Source: a virus
Taxonomy: Duplodnaviria; Caudoviricetes
IMG/VR virus record: IMGVR_UViG_3300044626_001587
Location: 1 to 62,923 of that record
DNA: 62,923 bases
Reading direction: 5' to 3' (one strand)
Shown here one piece after another: positions 45,820 through 57,500 of the stretch (its first letter is position 1; each line of letters starts with the position of its first letter). A model generated the notes under the pieces. It made no database searches, was not told the DNA's origin, and worked only from the letters and a program-made list of their open reading frames with translations. The translations under genes were made by a program, and so were the position numbers.

Positions 45820-48396
45820 ATGACAACGACATTCCAAACTAATACTTCTAGAGAGTCATTGAGAGTAGCAGAATTCTCAACATCAATTGATTTTGTTCCC
45901 TATATCAGAGAACAAACAATATCTTTTTATGCTACCGGTTTACGTCCAGGTGCTCGTGTTTATGCTTATTTTGATGGAATATACGTAACTAATAGAATTA
46001 TTCCAGCTACAATCCAAAATCTCCAAACGATTACACCAACAAGAAGCAGTATTGAAACAAATTTAATTCCAAATGGCCAAACACTTGCGCAAGTAGAACA
46101 AGCAAATACATTTTTAACAGTGGCACAAGACGGTTCTTTGGCTGGTATCTTCCATCTACCTACAACAACTTTTTTTACAGGTGATAGAGAATTTGTTCTA
46201 GCAGATGTTAGTAATTTCAATTCACTAGATACTGCCTCTACATACGCAAAAAGAATTTTCTATGCATATAATTTCAATCCCCAAACAACACCAACACCAG
46301 CAGCTGAACCTCCTCCTGTTGTTAATCCTGTAACACCACCAATTGTTTTTGAGCCTCGTGAACCCTTTTTTTGGGACCCTGTTGCACAAACATTTATAAT
46401 TCCTAGACAAGACGCTAGCCAAGCAGAAGGTGTCTACTGTACTTCTGTTGATTTGTTCTTCGCAACAAAAGATCCTCAAAGAGGTGTAACTGTTCAAATT
46501 ACAGAAACAGATAATGGATATCCTGCAAGAACTGTTTTACCTGGTTCTGTTTGCTGGAAACATCCGGACAATGTTCAAACCAGTTCAACAGGTGTGACAG
46601 CAACAAAGTTTACATTCCCTCAGCCAGTCTATTTAAAAACCGATACTGAATATGCAATAGTGGTGATACCAGACGGAAACAATCCAAACTATCAAATTTT
46701 CACTGCTGCAGGTGGTGGTAACGATCTTGCAACAGGTACAACTGTTAGACAAGATTGGGGCTTTGGTGTTTTGTTTAGATCCACGAACAACAGAGCATGG
46801 ACAGCTATTCAAAATGAAGATTTAAAAATGACATTGAGAGTAGCAAATTTTACATCTTTGTCAGGAAATGTCGAGCTCCAAAACAAAAACTATGAATTTT
46901 TCACTGTTAATGCTGTCTCCCAAAACTTCCTTCAAGGGGAAAAGGTGTGGCAAATCACAACAAACAATACTTTTGCAAATACGTTTTTAACAGGTAATCT
47001 AATAGCAAACACACAAAGCTCAAACGTAACAGGAACAGGAACACTTTTTAATAATCAATTTGCTCAAGGTCAGTATGTTGTAATTCCTAACCACAATAAC
47101 TACGTATCTGCAACAAAATTTGATCTTGTAAAGGTAATTTCAGTAACAAATGCAACCCATATGGTTGTTGAAAGAGCTCCTACAGTAAACGTAACAGCAG
47201 GACAAGTGCAATCACCTGTGGTTGGAACCTGTGACTTTTTTGATAGACAATCACAAAAATTAACATTAACAGATTCAAATGCAGCAAACACAACATTTTT
47301 ATTTAAAGCAAACAATACAGTTGTTGGTCTTACATCAAACGCAACAGCTGTAATTCAATCGATTGACAATAAAATTGTTAGTTACCACCAAGCTTTAATT
47401 AACAAAATGACACCACCTTCGACATCTTTAGCAGTACAACATGCTTTTACAGCAAACGTTGGAGGTAATCTTGTACTACAAAACTATGAACAAGTTAAAT
47501 TGAATGACAATAATTATCTACCAAATTATGAAGCAATTGTAGCTTCTAGATCAAATGAAATTACTTCATTTGGTAGTAATAAGTCGTTTAGAGCAAATGT
47601 CACTCTTTCATCATTAAATAGTGTAACAAGTCCAATTGTTAACACTTTGCAACTTAGCTCACTTCAGTATAAACATTTGATCTCAAACACCAATACAAAT
47701 GAGCATACAACATCTGGTTCAGCAAACACTAAACATATTTCTACAAAAATTGTTCTTGCTGATGGTCAAGATGCAGAAGATATTAAAGTATTTTTGACAG
47801 CTTATAAGCCAGCTAATACTGAAGTTGAGGTTTATGTCAAAGCTATTAGTGCTTTTGACTCAGAATCGTTTGATAGTAAAGCATGGACTAAACTAGTTCA
47901 AAATACAGATGCGAGTGTAATCAGTAGCACATTGAATCCAAACGATTTCAGGGAATATGAATATAGCTTTCCACTAAAACCACAATCAACAGTAGTCGCT
48001 GGCGTAGCTAGTTGTTCTAATACTTCAACTACTGTTACAGGAGTTGGAACAAACTTTACAGCTGATCTAACAACATCTGATGCTATTATTTTAATTGATC
48101 CAAACGATTCTTCAATATTTGATATCAAAAGAATCACAGGAATCACGAATGGAACCCAGCTTACAATTTCTTCAAATTGTGCATTTACTTCATCTGGCGC
48201 ATTAATTGAAAAAATGAATGTTCCAACATCTGTGTTTAAGAACGTAAATAACGATAAAATCATTAGATATTTTGGTGTTTCTGGTGGTGTATACGACACG
48301 TACAAAACATTTGCAATCAAAATTGTTTTACTTGCAGATACTACTAACAGGGTGCCTGCTATCGATGATATCAGAGTAGTTGCACTGTCGGTGTAA
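45820..48396 (+). CDS. VrlC/DUF4815-like virion structural protein, C-terminal part
   Basis: PYIRE, DPVAQTF, SVDLFF, TKFTFPQPVYL, EDLK, FAIKIVL. Confidence 0.8.
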   Translation: MTTTFQTNTSRESLRVAEFSTSIDFVPYIREQTISFYATGLRPGARVYAYFDGIYVTNRIIPATIQNLQTITPTRSSIETNLIPNGQTLAQVEQANTFLTVAQDGSLAGIFHLPTTTFFTGDREFVLADVSNFNSLDTASTYAKRIFYAYNFNPQTTPTPAAEPPPVVNPVTPPIVFEPREPFFWDPVAQTFIIPRQDASQAEGVYCTSVDLFFATKDPQRGVTVQITETDNGYPARTVLPGSVCWKHPDNVQTSSTGVTATKFTFPQPVYLKTDTEYAIVVIPDGNNPNYQIFTAAGGGNDLATGTTVRQDWGFGVLFRSTNNRAWTAIQNEDLKMTLRVANFTSLSGNVELQNKNYEFFTVNAVSQNFLQGEKVWQITTNNTFANTFLTGNLIANTQSSNVTGTGTLFNNQFAQGQYVVIPNHNNYVSATKFDLVKVISVTNATHMVVERAPTVNVTAGQVQSPVVGTCDFFDRQSQKLTLTDSNAANTTFLFKANNTVVGLTSNATAVIQSIDNKIVSYHQALINKMTPPSTSLAVQHAFTANVGGNLVLQNYEQVKLNDNNYLPNYEAIVASRSNEITSFGSNKSFRANVTLSSLNSVTSPIVNTLQLSSLQYKHLISNTNTNEHTTSGSANTKHISTKIVLADGQDAEDIKVFLTAYKPANTEVEVYVKAISAFDSESFDSKAWTKLVQNTDASVISSTLNPNDFREYEYSFPLKPQSTVVAGVASCSNTSTTVTGVGTNFTADLTTSDAIILIDPNDSSIFDIKRITGITNGTQLTISSNCAFTSSGALIEKMNVPTSVFKNVNNDKIIRYFGVSGGVYDTYKTFAIKIVLLADTTNRVPAIDDIRVVALSV

Positions 48397-48397
48397 C

Positions 48398-48583
48398 ATG
48401 AACGATTTTAAATATGATGAGAATACGAAAGTACTGATAAATACAAACAACGAGGCTTATCAGTTGTACAGACAGCTTAGAGACTCAAAAAAACAAAATT
48501 CATTATTCGAAGCAAGATTGTCAAAATTAGAACAACAAGTACAACAGTTAAGAGAGATTGTTAATGGCTCGTCCAGTAAGTAA
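48398..48583 (+). CDS. small coiled-coil protein conserved after VrlC-like genes
   Basis: D..TKVLINTN...Y...coiled coil. Confidence 0.75.
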   Translation: MNDFKYDENTKVLINTNNEAYQLYRQLRDSKKQNSLFEARLSKLEQQVQQLREIVNGSSSK

Positions 48584-51392
48584 CATTAATATTGCAACTG
48601 ATACATGGGCAGCTGCAATTGTTAAAGTTAATGAAATTGCTGATGTTATGTCAACGAATGTTGTAACAACTGCAGCTAACACTTTTGGTGCAACAACAAC
48701 TGGTAATGCATATGTTACTGGTAATTTTTGCGCAAACGTAATAGTTGCTAATGCTGGGTTACGTGGTGGTAACGTTTCGGCTCCAGCTAATTTAACAGTC
48801 ACAACAAATACAATCTTTTCATCAAATTTATGGTTTACTGGTTCTTCAGTAAACAGTACTGCAAATGTTGACCTGAACGCTAATGTTAGAATGACGGGTG
48901 CAACAACAAACGTTGTTGGCACCATTTTTAATGTGTCATCAAACGTAATTTCTTCTGGTGCTAACGTTAGCGTAACAGCTACAAACGTTGCTATAACTTC
49001 AAATACAACATTAGTTGGTAACTTTGGTGTTACAGGAAATATTGCAACTAGTGGTGCAAATGTTAGCGTCACTGCTACGAATGTTGCAATTGCTGCCAAT
49101 ACAACTTTGGTAGGTAACTTTGGTGTTACAGGAAATATTGCAACTAGTGGTGCAAATGTTAGCGTGACTGCTACGAATGTTGCAATCACCTCAAATACAA
49201 CATTGGTTGGTAATTTTGGTGTAACAGGAAATGTTGTAACTAGTGGTGCTAATGTTAGTGTACAAGCAACAAACGTTGCAATTACTTCAAACACAACGTT
49301 AGTTGGCAATTTTGGTGTAACAGGAAATGTTGTAACTAGTGGTGCTAATGTTAGTGTAACTGCAACAAATGTTGCTATAACTTCAAATACAAATGTAACA
49401 GGAATTGTTGGCATCACAGGTAACTTGACTGTAACTAGTACAAACGTTTCTGTATCTGCAACAAATGTTGCAATTACTTCAAATACAACTGTTACCGGTA
49501 ATTTGAACGTAACTGCTCGAGCCACAGTCGATACATTAAATGTTGTAACGACATCACAGCTGCAAGGAGTTACGACAGCTTTTGCAAACGTTGTTCCAAA
49601 TGCAAACAATATAAATTTGGGAGCATCTTCTAATAGATGGATACTTGTTGCAAACTCTGGTGACTTCTCAACCTCCGCTAATGTTGGTACTACGCTAGGT
49701 GTTTCTGGATTAGCAACTCTAACAACGGTCAATGTAACATCAACTGCTGAGATGAGAGGCACTACTACAGCTAATACATTGGTTCCTTTCTCTAATACTA
49801 TCAATCTTGGTAACACAACTAATAGATGGATATTAAGTGCCAATTCTGGCAACTTCTCAACAACTGTTGATGTTACAGGGTTAACTACTTTAGCAACGGT
49901 TAATGTGACCTCGACTGCAGAACTGAGAGGAACTACTACAGCTAATACTTTTGTACCGTTTAGTAATACTATCAATCTTGGTAACACAACAAACAGATGG
50001 GTGTTAATCGCCAATTCTGGCAACTTCTCAACAACTGTTGATGTTACAGGATTAACTACTTTAGCAACGGTTAATGTTACTTCTACAGGAGAGCTGAGGG
50101 GCACTACTACAGCTAATACATTGGTTCCTTTCTCTAATACTATCAACCTTGGTAACACAACTAATAGATGGATTTTGTGGGCCAACACTGGCAGCTTCAG
50201 TTCAACTGTTGTTCCTGTTGGCAATACAATTAATTTAGGTAATACGACCAACAGGTGGGTACTTGTTGCAAACTCTGGTGACTTTTCAACCTCTGCTAAT
50301 GTTGGTACCACATTAGGTGTTTCTGGACTAACAACGTTAGCAACTGTTAATGTAACTTCAACAGCAGAGCTAAGAGGTAATACTACAGCTAATACATTAG
50401 TACCTTTCTCTAGTTCAATCGGTCTTGGTAATACGACCAATAGGTGGGTACTTGTTGCTAACTCTGGTGACTTCTCAACCTCCGCTAATGTTGGCACTAC
50501 ATTAGGTGTTTCTGGATTATCAACTTTAGCGACAGTTAATGTAACTTCAACTGCCGAGCTAAGAGGTACAACGACTGCAAATACATTAGTACCTTTCTCT
50601 AGTTCAATCGGTCTTGGTAATACCACCAATAGGTGGGTGCTGATTGCAAATTCAGGTAACTTTTCGACAACTGTTGATGTTACTGGACTAACAACATTAG
50701 CTACAGTCAATGTGACTTCTACTGCACAACTAAGAAATGGTGCTACAGTATTTAATGAGCTAGCTCCATCTTCTAATTCGATTAACTTAGGTAATACTAC
50801 TAATAGATGGGTAGTTGTTGCTAATAGTGGTAGCTTTACATCTACGGTTGTTCCTGTTGGTAACACAGTTCAATTAGGCAATTCAACCAATAGATGGGTT
50901 TTGACTGCCAATACAGGCGACTTTTCAAGTGATGTGGCCGTTTCAGGTAATTTAAGTATCACTGGAGCAAACGTCAACATCACTTCAAATGTTACTGTTC
51001 AAGGAAATACAACAACTGTACAAAATCTTGTTGTAGGTGGTGCTGCAACTCAAAATACATTTAGTTATGTGCCATTCTCAAATTCAAATTTAGGAACGAA
51101 TACAACAGCAAACGTATTAATTTTCAGTATATCAGATGTTAGTACAAATAGATCTGGTAAACTAACTTTGTGGTTTAGAACAACAGCAAACAATTCACAG
51201 CGAACCGAACTTTGGTTCACCTCAAATACGACCAATATTGATTATTCAGTTGTAGGTACATTGTATACAGGAGCGTCACAACCAGTAACTCTTCTATCAG
51301 CTAATTTGAATGGAACAACAGTAGAAATTTATGGTAGACAAGTCATTCAAAATACATATGTAAAAGGGATCGCTGAGATCGTACGAGGATAA
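48564..51392 (+). CDS. repeat-rich tail fiber / virion protein
   Basis: 32-aa [28 protein letters not shown] repeats, then many [14 protein letters not shown] modules. Confidence 0.85.
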   Translation: MARPVSNINIATDTWAAAIVKVNEIADVMSTNVVTTAANTFGATTTGNAYVTGNFCANVIVANAGLRGGNVSAPANLTVTTNTIFSSNLWFTGSSVNSTANVDLNANVRMTGATTNVVGTIFNVSSNVISSGANVSVTATNVAITSNTTLVGNFGVTGNIATSGANVSVTATNVAIAANTTLVGNFGVTGNIATSGANVSVTATNVAITSNTTLVGNFGVTGNVVTSGANVSVQATNVAITSNTTLVGNFGVTGNVVTSGANVSVTATNVAITSNTNVTGIVGITGNLTVTSTNVSVSATNVAITSNTTVTGNLNVTARATVDTLNVVTTSQLQGVTTAFANVVPNANNINLGASSNRWILVANSGDFSTSANVGTTLGVSGLATLTTVNVTSTAEMRGTTTANTLVPFSNTINLGNTTNRWILSANSGNFSTTVDVTGLTTLATVNVTSTAELRGTTTANTFVPFSNTINLGNTTNRWVLIANSGNFSTTVDVTGLTTLATVNVTSTGELRGTTTANTLVPFSNTINLGNTTNRWILWANTGSFSSTVVPVGNTINLGNTTNRWVLVANSGDFSTSANVGTTLGVSGLTTLATVNVTSTAELRGNTTANTLVPFSSSIGLGNTTNRWVLVANSGDFSTSANVGTTLGVSGLSTLATVNVTSTAELRGTTTANTLVPFSSSIGLGNTTNRWVLIANSGNFSTTVDVTGLTTLATVNVTSTAQLRNGATVFNELAPSSNSINLGNTTNRWVVVANSGSFTSTVVPVGNTVQLGNSTNRWVLTANTGDFSSDVAVSGNLSITGANVNITSNVTVQGNTTTVQNLVVGGAATQNTFSYVPFSNSNLGTNTTANVLIFSISDVSTNRSGKLTLWFRTTANNSQRTELWFTSNTTNIDYSVVGTLYTGASQPVTLLSANLNGTTVEIYGRQVIQNTYVKGIAEIVRG

Positions 51393-51393
51393 A

Positions 51394-53241
51394 ATGCCAG
51401 ACAAGCAGATAGAATTTGATAGTGGTGTAAGGGTTGATGGTACTTTAGACGTTACTAACAATGCCAACGTTGCTGGTAATATGAAAGTAGATGGCGATTT
51501 AGTCGTTGCTGGTACATTAAGTTACAATGGCGTTTCAACAGCTGACTTCGTACCAAGTACAAATAGTTACTCTTTAGGTAATACAACATTTCTTTGGAAT
51601 TTTATTTTCTCCAATAACTTTGTTTCAAACTCATCAACTATTGTTTTTAGAAATCAAACAGTTAACGTTTCTTCCCCTCTAGAAACTAGATCTGTGTTTA
51701 GACCATTTGCTAATGTTATTCCTGATGGAAATACTATTAATCTTGGTAATACGATAAACAGATGGGTTATTGTTGCAAATACTGGTGATTTTAGTGGCGT
51801 GATTACAGCTGGTGCAAACATAGCATTAACTGGAAACATAGTTGGTCCAACGTCTACCTTTACAGGCACAGCAAACAATAGTACTAACTTAGCTGGAAAT
51901 CCTGGTAGTTTTTATACGAATGCTACTAATCTAGCAACAGGAACAGTCCCAACAGCAAGGTTGGGAACAGGCACAGCAAATAGTTCCACTTGGTTGAGAG
52001 GTGATAATACATGGTCTCCTTTAGATAGAGGATATACTGGATCTCAAGGTGTTCAAGGATTTACAGGATCACAAGGCACTCAAGGTTTTACTGGTTCTGT
52101 TGGTTCATCTGGGGCCCAAGGACCTCAAGGTCCTCAAGGATCTATAGGATTTACTGGATCACAAGGTGTTCAAGGGATACAAGGAACTACAGGTCCAACA
52201 GGACCATCAGGTCCAACAGGACCAACTGGTCCTCAAGGTGTTCAAGGTTTTACAGGTTCAGCTGGAGCTCAGGGTAATCCAGGACCAACAGGTCCTGCAG
52301 GTCCAACAGGACCAGTAGGACCTCAAGGAACTACAGGATTTACAGGATCATTAGGAGGTACTGGCCCTACAGGGCCCACGGGTCCAACTGGACCTCAAGG
52401 CAATCCAGGACCAACAGGGCCCACAGGACCAACAGGAGCAACTGGCTTCACAGGATCATTAGGAGGAACTGGCCCTACCGGACCCACAGGTCCAACTGGA
52501 CCTCAAGGCAATCCAGGACCAACAGGTCCAACAGGACCAACAGGAGCAACTGGCTTCACAGGATCATTAGGAGGAACTGGCCCTACCGGACCCACAGGTC
52601 CAACTGGACCTCAAGGCAATCCAGGACCAACAGGTCCAACTGGACCAACAGGTCCAACAGGAGCAACTGGCTTCACAGGATCATTAGGAGGAACTGGCCC
52701 TACCGGACCCACAGGTCCAACTGGACCTCAAGGCAATCCAGGACCAACAGGTCCAACAGGACCAACAGGTCCAACTGGACCAACAGGAGCAACTGGCTTT
52801 ACGGGTTCAGCTGGAGGATTTAGTACAAACTCAGATGCACAGGTAAATTCCCTGGGGGTCGGAACAGCTGGATCTGGAACTGCAGGTGAAATTAGAGCAA
52901 CCAACAATATCACTGCATATTTTTCCTCTGACGAACGTTTAAAAGAAAATATTAAAGTTCTTGAACAAGCTATTATGAAATTACAAGCAGTAGATGGTGT
53001 TTCATTTGACTGGACAGACGAATTTATAAACAAAGCAGGTGGTGAAGATGGCTACTTTGTTAGAAAAAGAGATGTTGGTGTGATAGCTCAACAACTCCAA
53101 AAAGTTCTACCAGAAGCTGTTGGAGAGAGACATGATGGAATTTTGGCTGTAAAATACGAACGAATTGTACCTTTGTTGATTGAGGCAATAAAGGAATTAA
53201 TCGTTAGAGTAGAAAAATTGGAGCAAGCAAATGGCACTTAA
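51394..53241 (+). CDS. collagen-like tail fiber with C-terminal peptidase S74 chaperone
   Basis: long G-X-Y tract (GPT, GFT); [10 protein letters not shown]...GVIAQ...[15 protein letters not shown]. Confidence 0.9.
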   Translation: MPDKQIEFDSGVRVDGTLDVTNNANVAGNMKVDGDLVVAGTLSYNGVSTADFVPSTNSYSLGNTTFLWNFIFSNNFVSNSSTIVFRNQTVNVSSPLETRSVFRPFANVIPDGNTINLGNTINRWVIVANTGDFSGVITAGANIALTGNIVGPTSTFTGTANNSTNLAGNPGSFYTNATNLATGTVPTARLGTGTANSSTWLRGDNTWSPLDRGYTGSQGVQGFTGSQGTQGFTGSVGSSGAQGPQGPQGSIGFTGSQGVQGIQGTTGPTGPSGPTGPTGPQGVQGFTGSAGAQGNPGPTGPAGPTGPVGPQGTTGFTGSLGGTGPTGPTGPTGPQGNPGPTGPTGPTGATGFTGSLGGTGPTGPTGPTGPQGNPGPTGPTGPTGATGFTGSLGGTGPTGPTGPTGPQGNPGPTGPTGPTGPTGATGFTGSLGGTGPTGPTGPTGPQGNPGPTGPTGPTGPTGPTGATGFTGSAGGFSTNSDAQVNSLGVGTAGSGTAGEIRATNNITAYFSSDERLKENIKVLEQAIMKLQAVDGVSFDWTDEFINKAGGEDGYFVRKRDVGVIAQQLQKVLPEAVGERHDGILAVKYERIVPLLIEAIKELIVRVEKLEQANGT

Positions 53242-53779
53242 TTCATCCGGTGTTATTAGTATTGGCGGTTCTACTGTAGGACAATCGATTAATCTAGAAC
53301 TTATTAGATCTGCTACTACCCAATCAAATCTAAATGAATCTGCTCTTAGAACTCTTGCCGGAAAAGCGAGCGGCGCAATAGCACTCAGCGATTTTTATGG
53401 GAAGGGTATAACATTAAACAATCAAACTGTTGTAAGAAGCACAAATTTTGGGACAACGGCTGTTGCTAGTATTACCTATACTACTGGCGGTGACGTTAAT
53501 AGTAGTGTCAGTGGCGATGTCGATGATTGGATTAATCCAAAAGCAGCTGCGTCAAGTAATTATTATATTTCTGCCACAGTTATTAGTTATTCCCCAGACG
53601 AACCATTGGGAAACTTCAACGATTGGGAGGCAATGTCATCAAACCGACAGTGGTCATTATCTCGATCCGGTTTGAATCCTGGTACCTCTGAAGCAGTAAT
53701 TGAGATTTCAATTGGAAATTCGACCGGAAGTGTAGTTTTAGATACCTGTCAAATAACTTTGACGTGTGAAGTAAACTAG
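53231..53779 (+). CDS. tail-associated virion protein
   Basis: MAL..SG.IS...INLEL...LSDFYGK N-terminus commonly follows S74 fibers. Confidence 0.7.
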   Translation: MALNSSGVISIGGSTVGQSINLELIRSATTQSNLNESALRTLAGKASGAIALSDFYGKGITLNNQTVVRSTNFGTTAVASITYTTGGDVNSSVSGDVDDWINPKAAASSNYYISATVISYSPDEPLGNFNDWEAMSSNRQWSLSRSGLNPGTSEAVIEISIGNSTGSVVLDTCQITLTCEVN

Positions 53780-53831
53780 TAAAAACGCTCATGAACACTA
53801 AATAGAGAAAAACATTCTATTTGGTGAAATA

Positions 53832-54164
53832 ATGGCTGCTCAAAAACCAATCTTTATAGATCAAGGAACTACTTTTTATACAGAAGTTCAGGTGTCTGAT
53901 TTAGACTCCGGAGCTCTGTTTGATCTAACAAACTTTTTAGCTAGAGGCTCTCTAAGAAAACATTATGCTTCTTCAAACTCTGTCTCATTTACATGCACGG
54001 TCAACAACGAAATTGGAACAATTTTCTTAACATTAACAGCCAACCAAACATCTCTAATAAAATCAGGTAGATATGTTTACGATGTTGAAATCTATGATGC
54101 AAACAATACTGTTTATAGAATTGTTGAGGGTTTAGTAACGGTTACTCCTGAGGTAACAAAGTAA
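53832..54164 (+). CDS. virion Ig-like adaptor protein
   Basis: IDQGTTF...RKHY.S...GRYVYDVEI...RIVEG.VTVTPEVT. Confidence 0.8.
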   Translation: MAAQKPIFIDQGTTFYTEVQVSDLDSGALFDLTNFLARGSLRKHYASSNSVSFTCTVNNEIGTIFLTLTANQTSLIKSGRYVYDVEIYDANNTVYRIVEGLVTVTPEVTK

Positions 54165-54586
54165 TGACAACACCAAACTTTTCTGTTGCAGTTGGTGGTG
54201 GGTCAAATCCAAGAATTTCAGTTTCAGTAAAAGAAACAGGAACCTCAAACAATGCACAAAATCTTCCTGTTTTCAACAATCAATTTGCTATCATTGATTC
54301 TGTAAACTCTACTTCAATCGTTGCTGCTGCAGCAGCAAACTCAGTCAAGACGGCTTATGATGCTATTAGTAACGTAGCATTTCGAAATACAGCACAAACA
54401 ATTACAGGCTCATGGACATTCAATACAAACATTTACCCAAGCTCGAATGCTGTTTTATTAGGCGCTTCTGAGCAACGTTGGGCTGTGTTTGCAAACACAA
54501 TCAACGCTAGTGGTGACGTTGTTGTTACAGCAAACTTAACAGCCCAACAAATTGTAAACACAGAAATTGACGGTGGCGAGTTTTAA
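54164..54586 (+). CDS. virion protein
   Basis: DSVNSTS...ANSVKTAYD motif, LG...RW module, IDGGEF end. Confidence 0.7.
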   Translation: MTTPNFSVAVGGGSNPRISVSVKETGTSNNAQNLPVFNNQFAIIDSVNSTSIVAAAAANSVKTAYDAISNVAFRNTAQTITGSWTFNTNIYPSSNAVLLGASEQRWAVFANTINASGDVVVTANLTAQQIVNTEIDGGEF

Positions 54587-54588
54587 TA

Positions 54589-57500
54589 TCACGACCTTAA
54601 TCTAAAATGGTAATCGTTATCAACTTGTAAGTTTGTGATTTTAGCAACCATTTCGTAGCCACATTGATCCATAAATTCAAACACCTCCTGTTTGTTAGGA
54701 GCTCCTAAGTTATACTCAATGTTTTGAGCTTCGATAATAATATTTCGACACCCTATTCCTGCTTTCACCTTTTCCATCCCGTTGAGAATATCGAGCTCAG
54801 CCCCTTGACAATCAATTTTAATTAAATCAGGTTCCGGAAAATTCCTCATTTTAACAACACTATCTAAAGAGGAAGCAATTTTCTTTACTTTAGATCCTTC
54901 AGGGGCAAACAATAAATCTGCAGTAGAACTATATTGAACATTCTCTCTGTAGTATGAATTGCCTCCAGGATGATAAAGATTTTGATAAAAATCAATTGTT
55001 TTACCGTTATTGTTATAGCTGGAAAGAACACCTAAATGGTATTGATCAAAACCATTGAGTTTGTATAACATTTCAACTTCTTGCATGGCTTCAAATAAAA
55101 TAATTTTACTATTTGGCCACACTTCTCGAGCAAATTTTGCCCAATGTAATGTACTGCTTCCAATATCGTAAATTACTTTTGGTTCAAACCCTCTACCTTT
55201 CAAAGACCACAAATAATTTTTATGTTCGTTGCATAAAAGGTCCATTTCAGATAATTCAATAAATCTTTTTGTGATCTCCTCATTGTTGACGACAGAGGGT
55301 TTACTAGAACTTACATTTTTTTTTTCTACTCTGTATACTGTTTGACCATGATGATCACAAACAATAGATGTATCGCAGAACAAACTAAATCCTTTTAGTC
55401 TTGCTTTTCTGCAGAAATCTAGATCTTCGCTAAACGTGTGGTTGTGGTCTAATGCTGAGTAATATTTGTAATGAGGATACTCAATAGCTACAAATACTTC
55501 CTTACTAATCAAACAGCATCCCATACCACACCCACCAATCTCAACAAGACTGTTTTCTGGCAAATCTTCATAAACAATTCTTTTGAGATTAAAATCATAA
55601 ATCTCAATATGTTGCTCGAGCAATCTTTGTCTGTAAATACCTGTTACTAACGGTTTGTTATGTTTAACCATCTTTACTAATGTATCAGGAGCAAACACAA
55701 TGTCGTGATCAACAGCAAACAAATAATCAAATCCATTGATCACCCAAGAAGCAATTAGGTTTCGTACTTGGTCAACATTGTATCCATAAAAATATTGAAA
55801 ATGTAGCTCACATCCTTCAGGACATTCAAGATCATAAATTGCCTTGAACGTTTCTGGTTCAATATATCTTGCTGTTGGGATAGCAACTAAAATTTTCTTT
55901 AGATTGTTTTGTTCAGGCAATTCGTCTGCAACAACAGGTGTTGGCAACCGATCAACGCTACGTTGAAGGACTGTTAAACCATTGTTAATAACAGAATGGT
56001 GCTTAATCTTCCACTCTGGATGTTTGATTAAAAAATCAATGATGGCATGAAGTAACCCTTTTTGATGAGTCCCTTGGTTATGGAAATGTTGGTATACTGG
56101 CCATTCAAAATGTGGCTGCCATTCGTATCCAAAAATATGAGTATCATGAACACAAATAAATTTGTTTACTTTAGAATGATGCTTTGCTAGTTCTTTTGAA
56201 AGTTGTTCGTAGCTATGAATGGTATCAATGAACAGCAAATCTGTTTCGTCAATATCAACCAACAATGAGTTGCCTTTGACTGGATCAACAATATACTCAC
56301 AAGGTTTTCCTAACGATTTTGCTACATCAAACAACATTCTAGCTTCAACTGTTTCTTCAATGTCATACGATGTTAGTTTAATGCCTGAGCTAATGAAAGC
56401 CGTAGTAGACCTTCCATGACGAACACCAAATTCTGTAATTGAGTCACACTGCTTTGCAAGTTCAAGCAATTTTGGTAGATGCTCGTTGATGTCACTTGGA
56501 GTGTTTACTTGTTCGTGATACAGTCTCACAATTGGATCATTGTGGTGCTGATCCATTAGAGTCAAAGGGTTTTCTGAGAAATATTTTTCCCAGACTGGCT
56601 TCTCTTTTTCATAAAATCCTCCTGAAATAGAAAGGTCTTTGCATGTTTGGGACATGGGAGAATAGAATTGTATGTTATAAATCAAATAGTTATCCAACCC
56701 TCTTTTCAGGTGGTTGTGGAAAATAAAATCATCACCAAAGTAAATGTCGAGGCCGTCAATGATTGGAACCCAATTTTGCTTGTGCATGAACATTAATTGT
56801 CCAAAGCAATGAATGTTATCTCCAGGTCTCCATTTAATAAAGTCAATAGAATAATCAGTTGTTTCAGGATGGTTAAAATGGTTTTCCCCAGTGATCAATC
56901 CAAATGCACCGTTGTTTGGTGTTATTTTGTATCTCAATCTGTTCAATAGATGTGTGTCAAAATCAATGTCATCATTGATAATACACAGTAAATCATTTCT
57001 TGATTTCTCAACACCAAGATTCCAAGCTGGGTTCACCCTGATGTTGGTAGGTTGATTCAACATCTTAATTTTTGGATGCCAGTTAGAAGTTGGTGTTCTT
57101 TCTACATCGTTGTTAATAATAATGATTTCATCAATCAAAGGGTGATCTTGTAGTTTTGTTAGTACTGTTTCTGTTAGTTCCCAACAGCGCCACATTGTGG
57201 GCATGATAACAGAATACTTTGGGCCACCATCTTCAGTGTTGATTCCATTGTTTAGAACATAGTTTGCATTCATCGTTTGCTCTTCTGAGTTAATTTTGTA
57301 ATCGTTGATTGGGTTTGTATCATTGTAATAGTAAACAACATCCGGACAACAGACAACACTGTCAGGATCTACTTGCTCAATAGTATTGTAAAACACAGCA
57401 TTGTCTCCTCCAGCCCTCATCCATTGTCCATCCCTCATGAAATTTTCATCATCAACTCTGTGCAAATATTTTGCCCTGAACGTTCTCAAGTGAGTATAAG

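Noticed and set aside
48548-50866. 772-aa minus-strand ORF
   Set aside because: Antisense shadow of the repetitive fiber gene
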